From Candidatus Latescibacterota bacterium (GTDB taxonomy: Bacteria > Latescibacterota > UBA2968): DNA of 64,000 bases. Every line of letters starts with the position of its first letter. The stretch's first letter is position 1. The translations under genes were made by a program, and so were the position numbers. The DNA lies in contig OZ242320.1 in assembly GCA_965208125.1 (NCBI GenBank), forward strand, positions 1,504,001-1,568,000. Direction: 5' to 3'. Positions 27,849 to 38,900 of the stretch are shown here, piece by piece. Below the pieces are notes generated by a model. It saw only the letters and a list, made by a program, of their open reading frames with translations. It searched no databases and had not been told where the DNA came from.

Positions 27849-30191
27849 ATGAATATTCGCTATTGGGTACACTTCATTCTGCTTTTCTGCTTTCTCGGTC
27901 ATGCCTCCGCCGAAGACACAGACCTGGACGCCATTTATCTCAAAGCCCAGGCGCTCGGGCGAAAAACCCTGATCAGAGAAGCACTCACAACACTAAAAGA
28001 AGCAGTACCCAGTTCTGCGGACTCCACACTGTTACTCGCCCGTATCGGCCACCTCTATCTCCGGCTACAACTGCCCGACAGCGCCGAAGCCGCATTTGAG
28101 CGATCGCTGAAAAACGACCCGTATCAGGCAGACACCCACCTCGGATTGGGACGCGTTTTACTGGAATATCGCAACAAACTCAAACGCGCGACCTCCCACC
28201 TCAAACAGGCGATACAGGCCGACTCCAACCGCGCTGAAAGCCACGAAGTCCTCGGCAGAACCCATCTGGCGCGAGGAAAAGAAAAAGACGCCCTGCAAGC
28301 GGCCAACAAAGCACTGCAAATCAACCCCCGCTATGGTCCCGCCCACCTGCTGCTGGCGCGTCTTTATCGCAAAAAAGGCGATATCCCCCAGGCACTATCC
28401 CACTACAACACCTACCTGTCCCACGGCGCACAGGATGAAACGCCCGCACTTGAATTTGCCCTTGAATTTTTGACCGAAAAACGCTACAACGTCGTAACCG
28501 AGATCGCTTCGCGCATGGCCGATGCGCGAAGACTCCCGCTCTTGGCGCAAGTACTTCTGGCCTCGCGGCGCTATGAAGACGCCCTATCCGTATTTCAAAA
28601 ATACCTCGAAACCCTATCGGCACGGGAAAGAGCAATCTATGAAGACATTTCCCTGATCGCCACGCCAGAAGAAATCGCATCATATCGCGCGATTTCGGAC
28701 GAAGATATAGACGCCTTTCTGAACGCCTTCTGGATCCGCAAAGACCCCTTCGGCACAACCGGAGGAAGCCAGAGACGCGCGGAACACTACCGCCGCGTCT
28801 GGCATGCGCGAACCTTCTTCGGGCGCTACAAATATCCCTTTGACCAGCGGGGCGAAATCTATATCCGATACGGAGAGCCGGATTACCGCTCAACCTGGCG
28901 AGAACCCAATGCCAGCGTACCGATCCCCGCGCAACGCATTCAGGAAAAACTGGCATTTCAACTCTACGGCCGTCCCGGCACAACCGTAACCTACACCGGA
29001 CCTGTATTTCCCATCCGCATTGCGCTTCGAAATGTCGAAAGCAACCTCCCCCTCGAAGAAGACGACGGCACCCTCGGCTTGCGCGGATGGAAACCCGTAA
29101 CAGCCGGGAACGATTTCTCCAGCGTACCCTGGGAAGTGTGGATCTATCCCGACATCAACCACGGCATAGAAGTCGTATTCACCGACGAAATGCACTCGAA
29201 TATCTTCGGCTATGCCCCCGTACCGACCATCGACAGAGAAGATGTTTATGACGTCGCTTCTCGCGGGTCGCCACTCAGATTCCTCCGAATGATGAACGAC
29301 TTCTCGCCTGCATCGCAAGTCGCAGCAGCAGCGGCAAAAAAACCCGAACGCTACGACACATCCGACCTCGATCCCCTCAACTTCTACTACGAGGCCCTGT
29401 CATTCCGCGGAAAAAATGGCAAAACAGACCTGCAAATCAACATCGGCCTCCCAATAGATGAAGTGGCAATGTCCAGCGACCCGGATACCACAGTCGTAAT
29501 CGAGCGGCGCATCGCCCTCGTAGATGACCAGAACCGCGAAGCAAAACGCCTGCGGGAAGACGTAGGCATTCCCATACCCCCTGGACTCCGGGGAAAAAGC
29601 CTGATCGCCAGAGACCGCATCGACATCCCTCTATCTCCCGGTGAATACGACCTCGCCGTACAAATGTGGCGCGTCAACACCAATCGCCTGGGCAATTATC
29701 GGGAAAAAGTGCGCCTGCACGATTTTTCAGGTGACAGTTTAATGCTCAGCGATCTACAGATCGCACAGCATATTGAACAACCGGCTTCCTCAAACGAAAG
29801 CCAAAGCGACACCACGACTGCGCGCAACAAATGGCGCATCACAACATCGCCATCTCGCACCTTTTTTCTCGGTACCCCCATCTTCGTCTATTTTGAAATT
29901 TACAACCTGACGCAAGACACCTTCGGGCAAACGCACTACCAGGTCGCCTTTGCCGTAGCACCGGAAAAAGGACGCGAACTCGCCTCGCAACCCAGAATAC
30001 GGCGAAGAGATGGGGAACTGATCACCGTACAATACGAACAAACGGGGCGCGACCTCTGGACTGCCGACTACGTCGAACTGGACATCGGCCGCATTGAAAC
30101 CGGACGGTATCGGTTAATCATGACCGTAAAAGACCTCAACACCGCCCAGACCGCTGTTCGGGAAGGGATATTCAGAATCGGCAAGAGGTAA
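27849..30191 (+). CDS. GWxTD-domain TPR protein
   Basis: Signal peptide, TPRs, FWIRKDP...EHYRRVWHA...PFDQRGEIYIRYGEPD, WEVWIY, VYFEIYNL. Confidence 0.85.
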   Translation: MNIRYWVHFILLFCFLGHASAEDTDLDAIYLKAQALGRKTLIREALTTLKEAVPSSADSTLLLARIGHLYLRLQLPDSAEAAFERSLKNDPYQADTHLGLGRVLLEYRNKLKRATSHLKQAIQADSNRAESHEVLGRTHLARGKEKDALQAANKALQINPRYGPAHLLLARLYRKKGDIPQALSHYNTYLSHGAQDETPALEFALEFLTEKRYNVVTEIASRMADARRLPLLAQVLLASRRYEDALSVFQKYLETLSARERAIYEDISLIATPEEIASYRAISDEDIDAFLNAFWIRKDPFGTTGGSQRRAEHYRRVWHARTFFGRYKYPFDQRGEIYIRYGEPDYRSTWREPNASVPIPAQRIQEKLAFQLYGRPGTTVTYTGPVFPIRIALRNVESNLPLEEDDGTLGLRGWKPVTAGNDFSSVPWEVWIYPDINHGIEVVFTDEMHSNIFGYAPVPTIDREDVYDVASRGSPLRFLRMMNDFSPASQVAAAAAKKPERYDTSDLDPLNFYYEALSFRGKNGKTDLQINIGLPIDEVAMSSDPDTTVVIERRIALVDDQNREAKRLREDVGIPIPPGLRGKSLIARDRIDIPLSPGEYDLAVQMWRVNTNRLGNYREKVRLHDFSGDSLMLSDLQIAQHIEQPASSNESQSDTTTARNKWRITTSPSRTFFLGTPIFVYFEIYNLTQDTFGQTHYQVAFAVAPEKGRELASQPRIRRRDGELITVQYEQTGRDLWTADYVELDIGRIETGRYRLIMTVKDLNTAQTAVREGIFRIGKR

Positions 30192-30201
30192 GAATTAAAA
30201 A

Positions 30202-32187
30202 TTGAGCGCAGAACGAACATATCCAATCGCAGATTCGCCAGATCCTGCGAACAAAGGGGTCACAGTCCGTTCGCTGATCTTTGGGTTTGTGCTGGTCATT
30301 GCAATCAACGCACTGGCAACAGTCGCGCGATACATCATGCACAGCTCCTTCATGGCCTACAGCCACATGCCCATGGGCAACCTGATGCTCACACTATTGT
30401 GTCTGATTGTGTGCAGTGTGCTCGCGCGGTACTTTGGCAAACCCTTTGCCTTTTCCCCGAGCGAATGGCTCGCGATCTTTTCAATGGGCTTTATCTGTTC
30501 GCTCGGTCCCACCTATGGCGTAAGCGGATATCTCGTCGGCGTCATCGTAACCCCCTACTATTTTTCCTCGCCCGAAAACCGGTGGGCAGAGTTTTTGCAC
30601 CCGCACCTGCCCGAATGGATTATTCCATCCAATCGCGACGGCGCAATGAACTGGTTCTACGACGGCTTGCCCGCCGGTGCGCCCGTGCCCTGGTCCGTCT
30701 GGATCGGTCCCCTCTTCTGGTGGTTCACCTTTGTATGTGCCGTAGCACTGGCCTGTTTTTGTGCCTCGGTCATCATGCGCAAACAATGGGCGGAGCACGA
30801 AAAACTGGTCTATCCCGCCATGGAGCCCATCGTCGAACTGACCACACAGCCCGGCGGGGGTCGCACCTATTTGCCCGAGTTTATGCAGGGACGGATGTTC
30901 TGGACCGGATTTGGCGTGGTAGGCGTAATATTCGTCTGGAACATCATCGCGTGGTTTCATCCCGCGCTACCAAAATTTCCAACCGCCGCTGGCACCTGGG
31001 TGCCCATTGGCAGGAACTTTCCGCCGCAATGGGTATTCGTAAGCACCGTGGGAATATGCTTTTCGTATTTTGCGAGCCTGGAATTATTGTTCAGCATGTG
31101 GCTCTTTGATCTCATATTCATCGTAGAATCCGGCATCCTCGACCAACTGGGCATACCGGCCTTTAACCGCTACTACGCCTCAAAACGCTATCTCTGGCAA
31201 ACAACGGGCGCATTTATCGCCCTATCTCTGTGGTGGGTGTGGATAGCGCGGGCGCATCTGAAAGAGGCATTTCAAAAAGCGCTCCATCCAAAAAGCGAGC
31301 ATATAGACGACAGCCGAGAACTCATATCCTATCGCGCAGCCTTCTGCTGTCTCGCCGCCTCAACCGCCTACGCACTGGTCTGGTTGTCCGCAGCGGGCAT
31401 GGCGTGGAAAGTCCTCGCCATCTTGTTGCCATTCATGTTCTTGACCTATGGTGCCTTATCGAAAATCCTGGCCGATTCCGGACTTATTTACGTCATGGCA
31501 CCATCCAGGGCCTGGACACTGACAACCGCGCTCATGGGCGGCGCCCGCGCCATCCCGGCGGCGTCTCATGCCCTGATCTATCCGGCATCTGTCGCCATCG
31601 ATCACTTCCGCGGATTTACCTTTTCCGTGGGCACGCACATCAACCGCCTGTCCGACTTCATCACCGGCAACAAACGCCCCCTCTTCGGCGGCCTCTGCGT
31701 GGCTTTTGTGGTCGGCATTGTCTCATCCACCCTCTTTACAATCTGGCTGGGCTATCGCATTGGCGGGTACAATTTCTCGCCAAACTGGCTCATCATTCGC
31801 GCAGGCATAGGCGGATATCAAAATTCCGTCAACGCGATCGTATCGCCGCAACCCATGGAAGTAATCGACTACTATTTTTTCCTCATCGGGGCACTCGCCA
31901 TGTACGCCCTGTTATTCCTGAGATACCAATTCACCTGGTGGCCCCTGCACCCCATTGGCCTCGCCCTATCGGGCACCGGACTCGCCCGCCTCACCAGCTT
32001 CACCATCTTTGTCGCCTGGCTGATCAAATTCACATTATTGCGCATCGGCGGAGCGCCCTTTTACCGCCGCTCAAAACCATTTTTCGTCGGCATGCTCGTG
32101 GCATACGTCCTGTCAACCGCCCTGGGCCTCATCGTAGATGCGATATGGTTCATGCCTCAAGGACATACGGTTCACAAATGGTATTGA
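30202..32187 (+). CDS. DUF6785/DUF6784-type polytopic membrane protein (putative transporter)
   Basis: 661 aa. VPWSVWIGP, MRKQWAEHEKLVYP, WWPLHPIG. Paralogue of 1717-3705. TTG start. Confidence 0.8.
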   Translation: MSAERTYPIADSPDPANKGVTVRSLIFGFVLVIAINALATVARYIMHSSFMAYSHMPMGNLMLTLLCLIVCSVLARYFGKPFAFSPSEWLAIFSMGFICSLGPTYGVSGYLVGVIVTPYYFSSPENRWAEFLHPHLPEWIIPSNRDGAMNWFYDGLPAGAPVPWSVWIGPLFWWFTFVCAVALACFCASVIMRKQWAEHEKLVYPAMEPIVELTTQPGGGRTYLPEFMQGRMFWTGFGVVGVIFVWNIIAWFHPALPKFPTAAGTWVPIGRNFPPQWVFVSTVGICFSYFASLELLFSMWLFDLIFIVESGILDQLGIPAFNRYYASKRYLWQTTGAFIALSLWWVWIARAHLKEAFQKALHPKSEHIDDSRELISYRAAFCCLAASTAYALVWLSAAGMAWKVLAILLPFMFLTYGALSKILADSGLIYVMAPSRAWTLTTALMGGARAIPAASHALIYPASVAIDHFRGFTFSVGTHINRLSDFITGNKRPLFGGLCVAFVVGIVSSTLFTIWLGYRIGGYNFSPNWLIIRAGIGGYQNSVNAIVSPQPMEVIDYYFFLIGALAMYALLFLRYQFTWWPLHPIGLALSGTGLARLTSFTIFVAWLIKFTLLRIGGAPFYRRSKPFFVGMLVAYVLSTALGLIVDAIWFMPQGHTVHKWY

Positions 32188-32274
32188 TCGAAACTATTGC
32201 TGTATAAAGCTGTATAAAGGTAATGTAATGACCTGGCTTTGATTGTTCAAACGTGTGCCAACAGGAGGGACATA

Positions 32275-34134
32275 ATGAAAAAAAAGAACCATTGGTCAGT
32301 ACTTTGCGTCTTCTTATTTCCGCAACTCTTGTGGGCACTTGAGGATCAGCAGGCACCTGATACAGCGCAATATGAAATGGCACTGAACTGTGCAAAGGAC
32401 TATCGGTATAAGCTAATTTTGGAGATTATTGAACAAATACCAGCAAGTCTCGCGGACAAAGACAAATGGTTACCGCTTCAAGCTCAAGCCTACGCAGCCA
32501 TGGGTGAAGTAAAGGTAGCTGATTATTTATTTCAACGGTTCCTGCGTTTGATTTCAGAAGATGAGCGCAGATATTACGATAATATCACGTTGATGATGTC
32601 GCCCGAAGAACAAAATACCTTTAGCAGCTTAAAAAAAGAAGAACAAGGACAGTTCATAAATGAGTTTTGGAAAAAACGAGACCCCTTATTGAGTACAGGG
32701 GCTAATATCAGAAAAGTAGAACACTATAGAAGAGTATGGTATGCACGCCAGTTTTTTAATGGGAAACAACCCTGGGATCGGCGCGGCGAAGTGTATATCA
32801 AATTTGGTGAACCGGATCACAAATTTGGCGGAAATCATGGAGGCACAGTTCCCCCCCTATCAGTTGAATTTTTGAAAGAAAGATTGGCTTACGAACTTGC
32901 TTTGAATTTGCAAAGGGCTGAGCGCGTAGAGCAAGTTCCCGAATGGAACACACTGAAGCGCAAGCAGAGTAAAGGTGCCCTGACAGATCCTGTATATCCC
33001 ATAGATCGCCATCCCGATGGTTCGCCCAGATTTCCCTGGGAATCGTGGATTTATCTCGGTATTGGCAAAGGCATAGAAATTGTATTTACGGATCACTTCA
33101 TGAATGGCAGTTGGGATTATCCGCTTCCTCCCAAGAGTCCTATTGTAGCAGTAGCGTCACAAAATTTCCATCCTCAATTTATTATTGGGCACCATGCCAA
33201 AGAGACACCGGATTTTTATAATGGAATACCCGGCACAGATATTTTGAACTTTTACTATGACCTGGCGACATTCCGGGGACAGAATCTCGAAACAGATCAG
33301 AATATTTATCTTGGACTATTGCCAAAGGATATTTTTGCTCCAAATGATACCTCAAAAACCCCTGCACTTATTAACTGGACGGCATCTCTTGTGAATGACG
33401 AAGGCACTGTCATCAACAGCGCTCAACAAACTGTATCTTTCTCAAATAGACAAGATGGTATCGCCATTGATGCGATATCTCTTAAAGCTGTATCAGGAGA
33501 CTATCGCCTCATCGTTCATCTCACGGATCAAAATTCTGGAAAATGGGGATTCTATCAACAGCAAATTCACATCCCGAATTACGCTGTTGATTCACTGAGC
33601 ATAAGCGATATTGAAATGGCCTATCACATTTTCACCGAACCCCAATCATACAAGTTTCAAAAGGGCGATGTTTGGGTCATCCCCATGCCCACCCGTAATT
33701 ATCTCAGAAATCAGGCAGTCAATATCTATTATGAAATTTACAATTTGCAAAAAGATGCATTTGGTCAAACGAAATTCCGCATTAAATACACGATATGGGA
33801 AGATAAAAGAAAAAATGCCAGTCTATTGGGCAGCATATCATATTTCCTGGGTAAATTAGTCACCGACAAAAAGCCAGAGATCTCAATCAGTTCTGACTAC
33901 AATGGGAACAGCGCCACTGAGCCGGTATATATTGAATTGGATACCGAAAAATTAAAACCAGGTCTATATCAGATTGACGTTGAGGTTCACGATTTGATAA
34001 GCCAGCAAACAAGCTCTCAAGAGGCCCTTTTTATTTTAAATAAAAATGAAATCAATGAACGCGTAACAAAGCGAGAGGAAGAAGCTCTTTCAGATAGATT
34101 TCAGAGGGCCATAGAAGGAAGTATGGGACAATAA
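32275..34134 (+). CDS. GWxTD-domain protein (short form)
   Basis: GGAGG RBS, signal peptide, FWKKRDP...EHYRRVWYA...PWDRRGEVYIKFGEPD, IYYEIYNL. Visibly more AT-rich than its paralogues. Confidence 0.85.
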   Translation: MKKKNHWSVLCVFLFPQLLWALEDQQAPDTAQYEMALNCAKDYRYKLILEIIEQIPASLADKDKWLPLQAQAYAAMGEVKVADYLFQRFLRLISEDERRYYDNITLMMSPEEQNTFSSLKKEEQGQFINEFWKKRDPLLSTGANIRKVEHYRRVWYARQFFNGKQPWDRRGEVYIKFGEPDHKFGGNHGGTVPPLSVEFLKERLAYELALNLQRAERVEQVPEWNTLKRKQSKGALTDPVYPIDRHPDGSPRFPWESWIYLGIGKGIEIVFTDHFMNGSWDYPLPPKSPIVAVASQNFHPQFIIGHHAKETPDFYNGIPGTDILNFYYDLATFRGQNLETDQNIYLGLLPKDIFAPNDTSKTPALINWTASLVNDEGTVINSAQQTVSFSNRQDGIAIDAISLKAVSGDYRLIVHLTDQNSGKWGFYQQQIHIPNYAVDSLSISDIEMAYHIFTEPQSYKFQKGDVWVIPMPTRNYLRNQAVNIYYEIYNLQKDAFGQTKFRIKYTIWEDKRKNASLLGSISYFLGKLVTDKKPEISISSDYNGNSATEPVYIELDTEKLKPGLYQIDVEVHDLISQQTSSQEALFILNKNEINERVTKREEEALSDRFQRAIEGSMGQ

Positions 34135-34265
34135 TTGAGGGGTGGTGTATGTAGCCTGTCGAGATTTATTCCCTTGCTTTCAGATATGCGCTTGGCTAAT
34201 TTATTTCATCTTGTCATCGTTTGATTTTACTTTGTACACCTATGGGACTGTGAAGTGGGGTAGAT

Positions 34266-34631
34266 GTGTGGCATTTTCTGCAATATCAAAGCAAAAATGG
34301 TCGGCTTCCTGTGACTGATTGGTATGATAAATTATCTGACAAAAACAAATCGCGTCTTGATCGGTTCCTGGGTAATGTAAAACAACTTACCCAACCCCAA
34401 GGACCTTACTTTCACAAATTTGAATCATTATATGAAGCACGCTGGCGCGGCGAACACAATGTACCACATCGAATATTTTGTTATTTTTCATCTTTAAGAC
34501 AAGTAACATTTTTGTGTGGTTTCACCCACAAAGACAATATATATAAACCGCCAAATGCATATAAGACAGCGACAATCCGATATTCCGAAATAGAAAGGGG
34601 AGAAGCTCATGAACTTGAATTCAATGTCTGA
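34266..34631 (+). CDS. RelE/ParE-superfamily (Gp49-like) toxin
   Basis: Y..KNGRLPVTDWYDKL...LYEARW...HRIFCYF...VTFLCGFTHK pattern. Overlaps the downstream HTH gene. Confidence 0.7.
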   Translation: MWHFLQYQSKNGRLPVTDWYDKLSDKNKSRLDRFLGNVKQLTQPQGPYFHKFESLYEARWRGEHNVPHRIFCYFSSLRQVTFLCGFTHKDNIYKPPNAYKTATIRYSEIERGEAHELEFNV

Positions 34632-35010
34632 ACTTTGGGTAAAATTGCAAAATAAAGAATATCGGGAAGGTTACGTCGAGGGACAGTTTGATATTGAAGT
34701 GCCTTTCCAAATCCGAGCACTTCGGAGGGCGAGAGGGTGGACACAAAAGGATCTTGCAAAGTACAGTGGCATTCCTGAGAGCCAAATAGCCGAATTGGAG
34801 GACCCTGATAGTGACCCACCATCAGTACAAATATTGCACAAACTTTGTGCAGCATTTGATGTGGGACTGCTCGTTCAATTTGTCTCATTCAGCGAGTTAG
34901 TTCGCCGAGAATCAGAATTTGATCCAGAAACCTTTAACGTTGTAAGCTTTTCAGATGACAACATCGATGCAGAGCCGCAAACTGCAGCTATATCCACAAT
35001 GGTGTCATAG
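34609..35010 (+). CDS. XRE-family HTH protein (antitoxin-like)
   Basis: QIRALRRARGWTQKDLAKYSGIPESQIAELE..PSVQILHKLCAAFDV. Confidence 0.85.
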   Translation: MNLNSMSELWVKLQNKEYREGYVEGQFDIEVPFQIRALRRARGWTQKDLAKYSGIPESQIAELEDPDSDPPSVQILHKLCAAFDVGLLVQFVSFSELVRRESEFDPETFNVVSFSDDNIDAEPQTAAISTMVS

Positions 35011-35263
35011 GTGATGCACCCCAACCAGATTATTGGAGGAACTGGGTTCTGAGGAATAATCTCAGACGTTGGTAAATAAGGCAGACTTGTTCGCACGGAT
35101 CATCAAACCGCGACCTGGCCTGCCTTTTTTATACAGGCAATAAACTTATATGGCACGCCAAAAGACAAGTGTTCAGACATTTCTCCAAGAACAGTTGAAA
35201 GACAGAGAATTTGCAGAATCATTCTACCAGGGACTTGATGAACTGCGGATAATAACAAGAAAT

Positions 35264-35301
35264 CTTCTGGATCGCGGTTCAAACCATGCCACGATGACGG
35301 C
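35264..35301. repeat. 38-bp palindromic dispersed repeat, copy 2
   Basis: CTTCTGGATCGCGGTTCAAACCATGCCACGATGACGGC. Confidence 0.75.
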
Positions 35302-35334
35302 ATGGCAGCGAAAGAAGCCACACTGATTAGAGGA

Positions 35335-35363
35335 TTGATTCCCTGTAAAATATGCTATATATT
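35335..35363 (+). promoter_or_regulatory. putative sigma-70 promoter giving a leaderless mRNA
   Basis: TTGATT-17 nt-TATATT, with ATG 35371 starting 8 nt after the end of the -10 box and no RBS. Confidence 0.45.
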
Positions 35364-35370
35364 TGGTTTC

Positions 35371-35718
35371 ATGCCACTTGAAGATATTGTTTTGTCAACG
35401 GTGCCCTCCATCAACGGGCATACGATAAGATTGACCCACAGGCAATGGGTTCATATCACTGAGTCTCATGATTATATGGTCGGAAATCGGGAGAAGGTAC
35501 TCGAAACAATTGCCGATCCTGATTGCCTGGTCACAGGAGAATTAGGAGCAACCATTGCATTGCGACATTATGCAGAAACTAATATCACTGAAAAAACCTG
35601 TATTGCCATATATCGCGATGAGGAAGATGGATTCATTATTACAGCATTTTTAACTTCGAGGTCGGATAAAATTATGCGCAGGAGAACTACGATATGGACA
35701 CGTCCTCAATTGACCTGA
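35371..35718 (+). CDS. small RelE/BECR-fold-like putative toxin paired with DUF2283 gene
   Basis: IRLTHRQWVHITESH..M...VLETIADPD...GFIITAFLT. Overlaps the DUF2283 gene. Confidence 0.6.
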   Translation: MPLEDIVLSTVPSINGHTIRLTHRQWVHITESHDYMVGNREKVLETIADPDCLVTGELGATIALRHYAETNITEKTCIAIYRDEEDGFIITAFLTSRSDKIMRRRTTIWTRPQLT

Positions 35719-35930
35719 CATTTGCGACCGAACTGTTGCGTTTGCCATATTCGCAAGTTTGGAGTGATTATGATGAAGGGGCTGATGTCTTGTATCTCAG
35801 CTTTGAAAAACCCCAGTGTGCCAATGACAGTGTGATGGAAGATGATGGGAATATTTACCACTATCGCGACAAACGTCTTGTTGGTATTACGCTGCCCAAT
35901 GCGCGAATGCGCCTTGGTTCGGATCGCTAA
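35694..35930 (+). CDS. DUF2283-domain protein (putative antitoxin)
   Basis: DYDEGADVLYLSF...DS...LVGIT. AGGAG RBS. Confidence 0.8.
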   Translation: MDTSSIDLTFATELLRLPYSQVWSDYDEGADVLYLSFEKPQCANDSVMEDDGNIYHYRDKRLVGITLPNARMRLGSDR

Positions 35931-35954
35931 AATTCTTCTTTGAAAGGACCCTTC

Positions 35955-38900
35955 ATGTCTCGTCGCATCGGTTGGTTGGCATTGATCGGGATTGCCGTAT
36001 TTGGGTTTGGCGCGGTCATCTCAGGACCCGGTACGGTTGACCCTTTGCTACGCAATGTGCTGGGATTGCATCCCCCCGAACCCGTAGAACCAGTTCCAGT
36101 ACCGGGTGCCGAAGTCGTAGCTGATCGCGTAAAACGCGAAATCACAGAAGCAGAAGTGCGCGCATTAATGGCGACCTTTACCCAATATAAATCCCGCGTA
36201 CCGGGCTATCCTGGACACGATGCCGCCGCGCAATTTATCGAACAACGCTTCCGGGCACTGGGTCTAAAAAACGTAGAAACAGAAACCTATGGCGTAACCT
36301 CGCCCGTAGATGAAGGCAGCCAATTGACAATCATCTCATCCGGCGAAGTATTTCCGCTCTCCGGACTATGGCCCAACCTCGTGAAAACCTCCACCTTGCC
36401 ACCGGGCGGTGTGCGAACGCGCCTGATTGACGGCGGCAATGGCGAATTTAAGGTGTATGACGGAAAAGATGTAGAAAACACCGTCGTACTCCTGAACTTT
36501 AACACCTGGAACAAATGGCTCAACGCCGCTGTTCTGGGCGCGCAACAAATCATTTTCATCGCCCCAGATACCACATCTTATACACAGGCCGAAACAAAAT
36601 TTTTGCAAGTACCCAACACCGTCGAGCGATTCTGGATCGACCGCGAACACGGCGAGAAATTACGCACGCTGTTGGCAGACCAGGGCGAAATAGAAATACA
36701 ACTCGAATCCCGGATGCCCTGGAAGAAAAACGACGCAGCCAACGTACTGGGCTGGATCGAAGGATCGGATCCAGTAATGAAGAAAAAAATCGTCGTCATC
36801 AACGCCTACTACGACGCCATGTCTGTCGTGCCCGCACAGGCACCCGGCGCTGAAATGGCGTGTGGCATCGTCGCACTCATGCGCCTGGCAGAACACTTTC
36901 AGGCGCATCGCCCCAAATACACCGTAATCTTCCTCGCATCATCCGCGCACCATCTGGGATTCCGGGGTATATGCGACTTTCTGAACCGGCACTCGCGCAA
37001 AGAAGAACACTTTGCCGCGCTCATGACCGAACCCATTGACATCGATCTGTTCATCGGATTGGACCTCTCGAGCCAGACAGATGAAATAGGCGTAGCGACC
37101 CAGACCGCCGGGTTTGGCGTCAACACCGCGGTCAATTATTTCTCCACGCGATTTTTTGCCACATTTAGCAAATCCTTTGTACGCTATGCAACCGCCATTG
37201 CCGAAGGCATGGGCGTGCCGTCAAAAGACGTCATGGTCGATGGGATCAACCCCAAAGGCGGCATGACCTGGGACATGTACATCCCCGGCGAAAATATCAA
37301 AAGTGACAGCGAAGTCGTACTCTATGCCGGCACCCCGGCACTCTCATTGACAACTGTGAACGACGCGCGATTCCGCGTAGATACCCCTCTGGACCGGGCC
37401 GAGTATATCAACTACGCCAACCTGACCAAACAGATTCGCGTCCTCGCTGGCATGCTGGATCTGTCGTTCAACGACGAGGAATTTTTGCCCGATTACAAAC
37501 TGGATCCCATCGACCGCATGCGCGGCCTGAAGGGATATGTACGCACATTTCCCCGGCGCAGTATCACACCCGATAAATCGCGACCAGGTGCAATAGCCGC
37601 CATGCGCATGGGCCTGGAAAAATCAATCAAAGGCGTGCGGCGCATTTATTACGACCTCGCAGATGAAAACGGCGAATACTATATCCCGGGCGTAGCAGAA
37701 CGCCGCGTACATGTGCGAGCATACTACATCGATCCGCACAGCGGCGAAATCACGTACGCGCCCAACCAGGGACGGCAGGGAAAAATCTACAGCGGCCATT
37801 TCAACATGAACTGGTGGATCACAAAGCAAACCGTCATCCTTTTTCCCTGCGTGGCAACCGATTTCTACGGCACAGTCGATCCCCGGTATTTGAACACCTT
37901 ATCCAACATCAGCGTCTATGGCGTGGGCAATACCGCACCGCAAGAATACGGTTATGACATCGGATTTGGGCCGGACGAACCCGTCGGCGTAGTCTATACA
38001 TCCCCGGGTGAAAAAGTGAAAATAGCCATGCGCGCAGGCGCTATCGGCGTGCGCTATTTGTTGCTCAACTCAAAAAGCGCAGACACCGAGTGGGATGCCC
38101 GGGGCGAGGGATTTCAAACCCTGTCATCGGGATCCTTAATCCGCACGCCCTATCAGGCAGCGCGAGATATGTGGATATTGAACGAGTCGCGCATGCGAAA
38201 ACTGCGCCAGTACTCAATCGAAAACCAGCGACTGGAAGTATTGCACGCGCAGGCAAAACAACATCTGGACGAAGCGGAAACCGCACTGCAGGAAAAGCAA
38301 TGGGATGCTTTTGTAAAACACACGCGGGCGGGCATGGGCATTGAATCGCGGGCATATCCAGACGTCAAAACAACGCAAAACGATGTGATCCGCGGCGTGA
38401 TTTTCTTCATGCTACTCGTCATCCCCTGTGCGTTCTTCCTCGAGCGGTTGATCTTTACCTTTGCCGATATTCGCATGCAAATCGGTGGGATCGGCCTGGT
38501 CTTTGTCGTCATCTGGATATTTCTCTCCCAGGTACACCCCGCATTTGACCTCTCCAATCCCTTTGTAATTTTGCTGGCTTTCGTCATCCTGGCACTGGCG
38601 ATCTTTGTCATCTCAATTTTATCGGGCCGATTCAACGAGAACATCCGGCGACTCCGCAGCGCCGAGGTATTATTGCACGAAACCGATGTAGGACGGATCA
38701 GCGCATCAGTGGCGGCATTTCAACTGGGCATTGCCAATATGAAAAAGCGCAAGCTACGCACCTGGTTGACATTTGCAACCCTGGTATTGCTGACATTTAC
38801 CGTGCTATCCTTTACCTCTATCAAATCCGCATTGGAATTTCACCAGCTTCAACGCGATACAGAAGGCGCGTATCCCGGCATACTGATCAGAAGCAAATTC

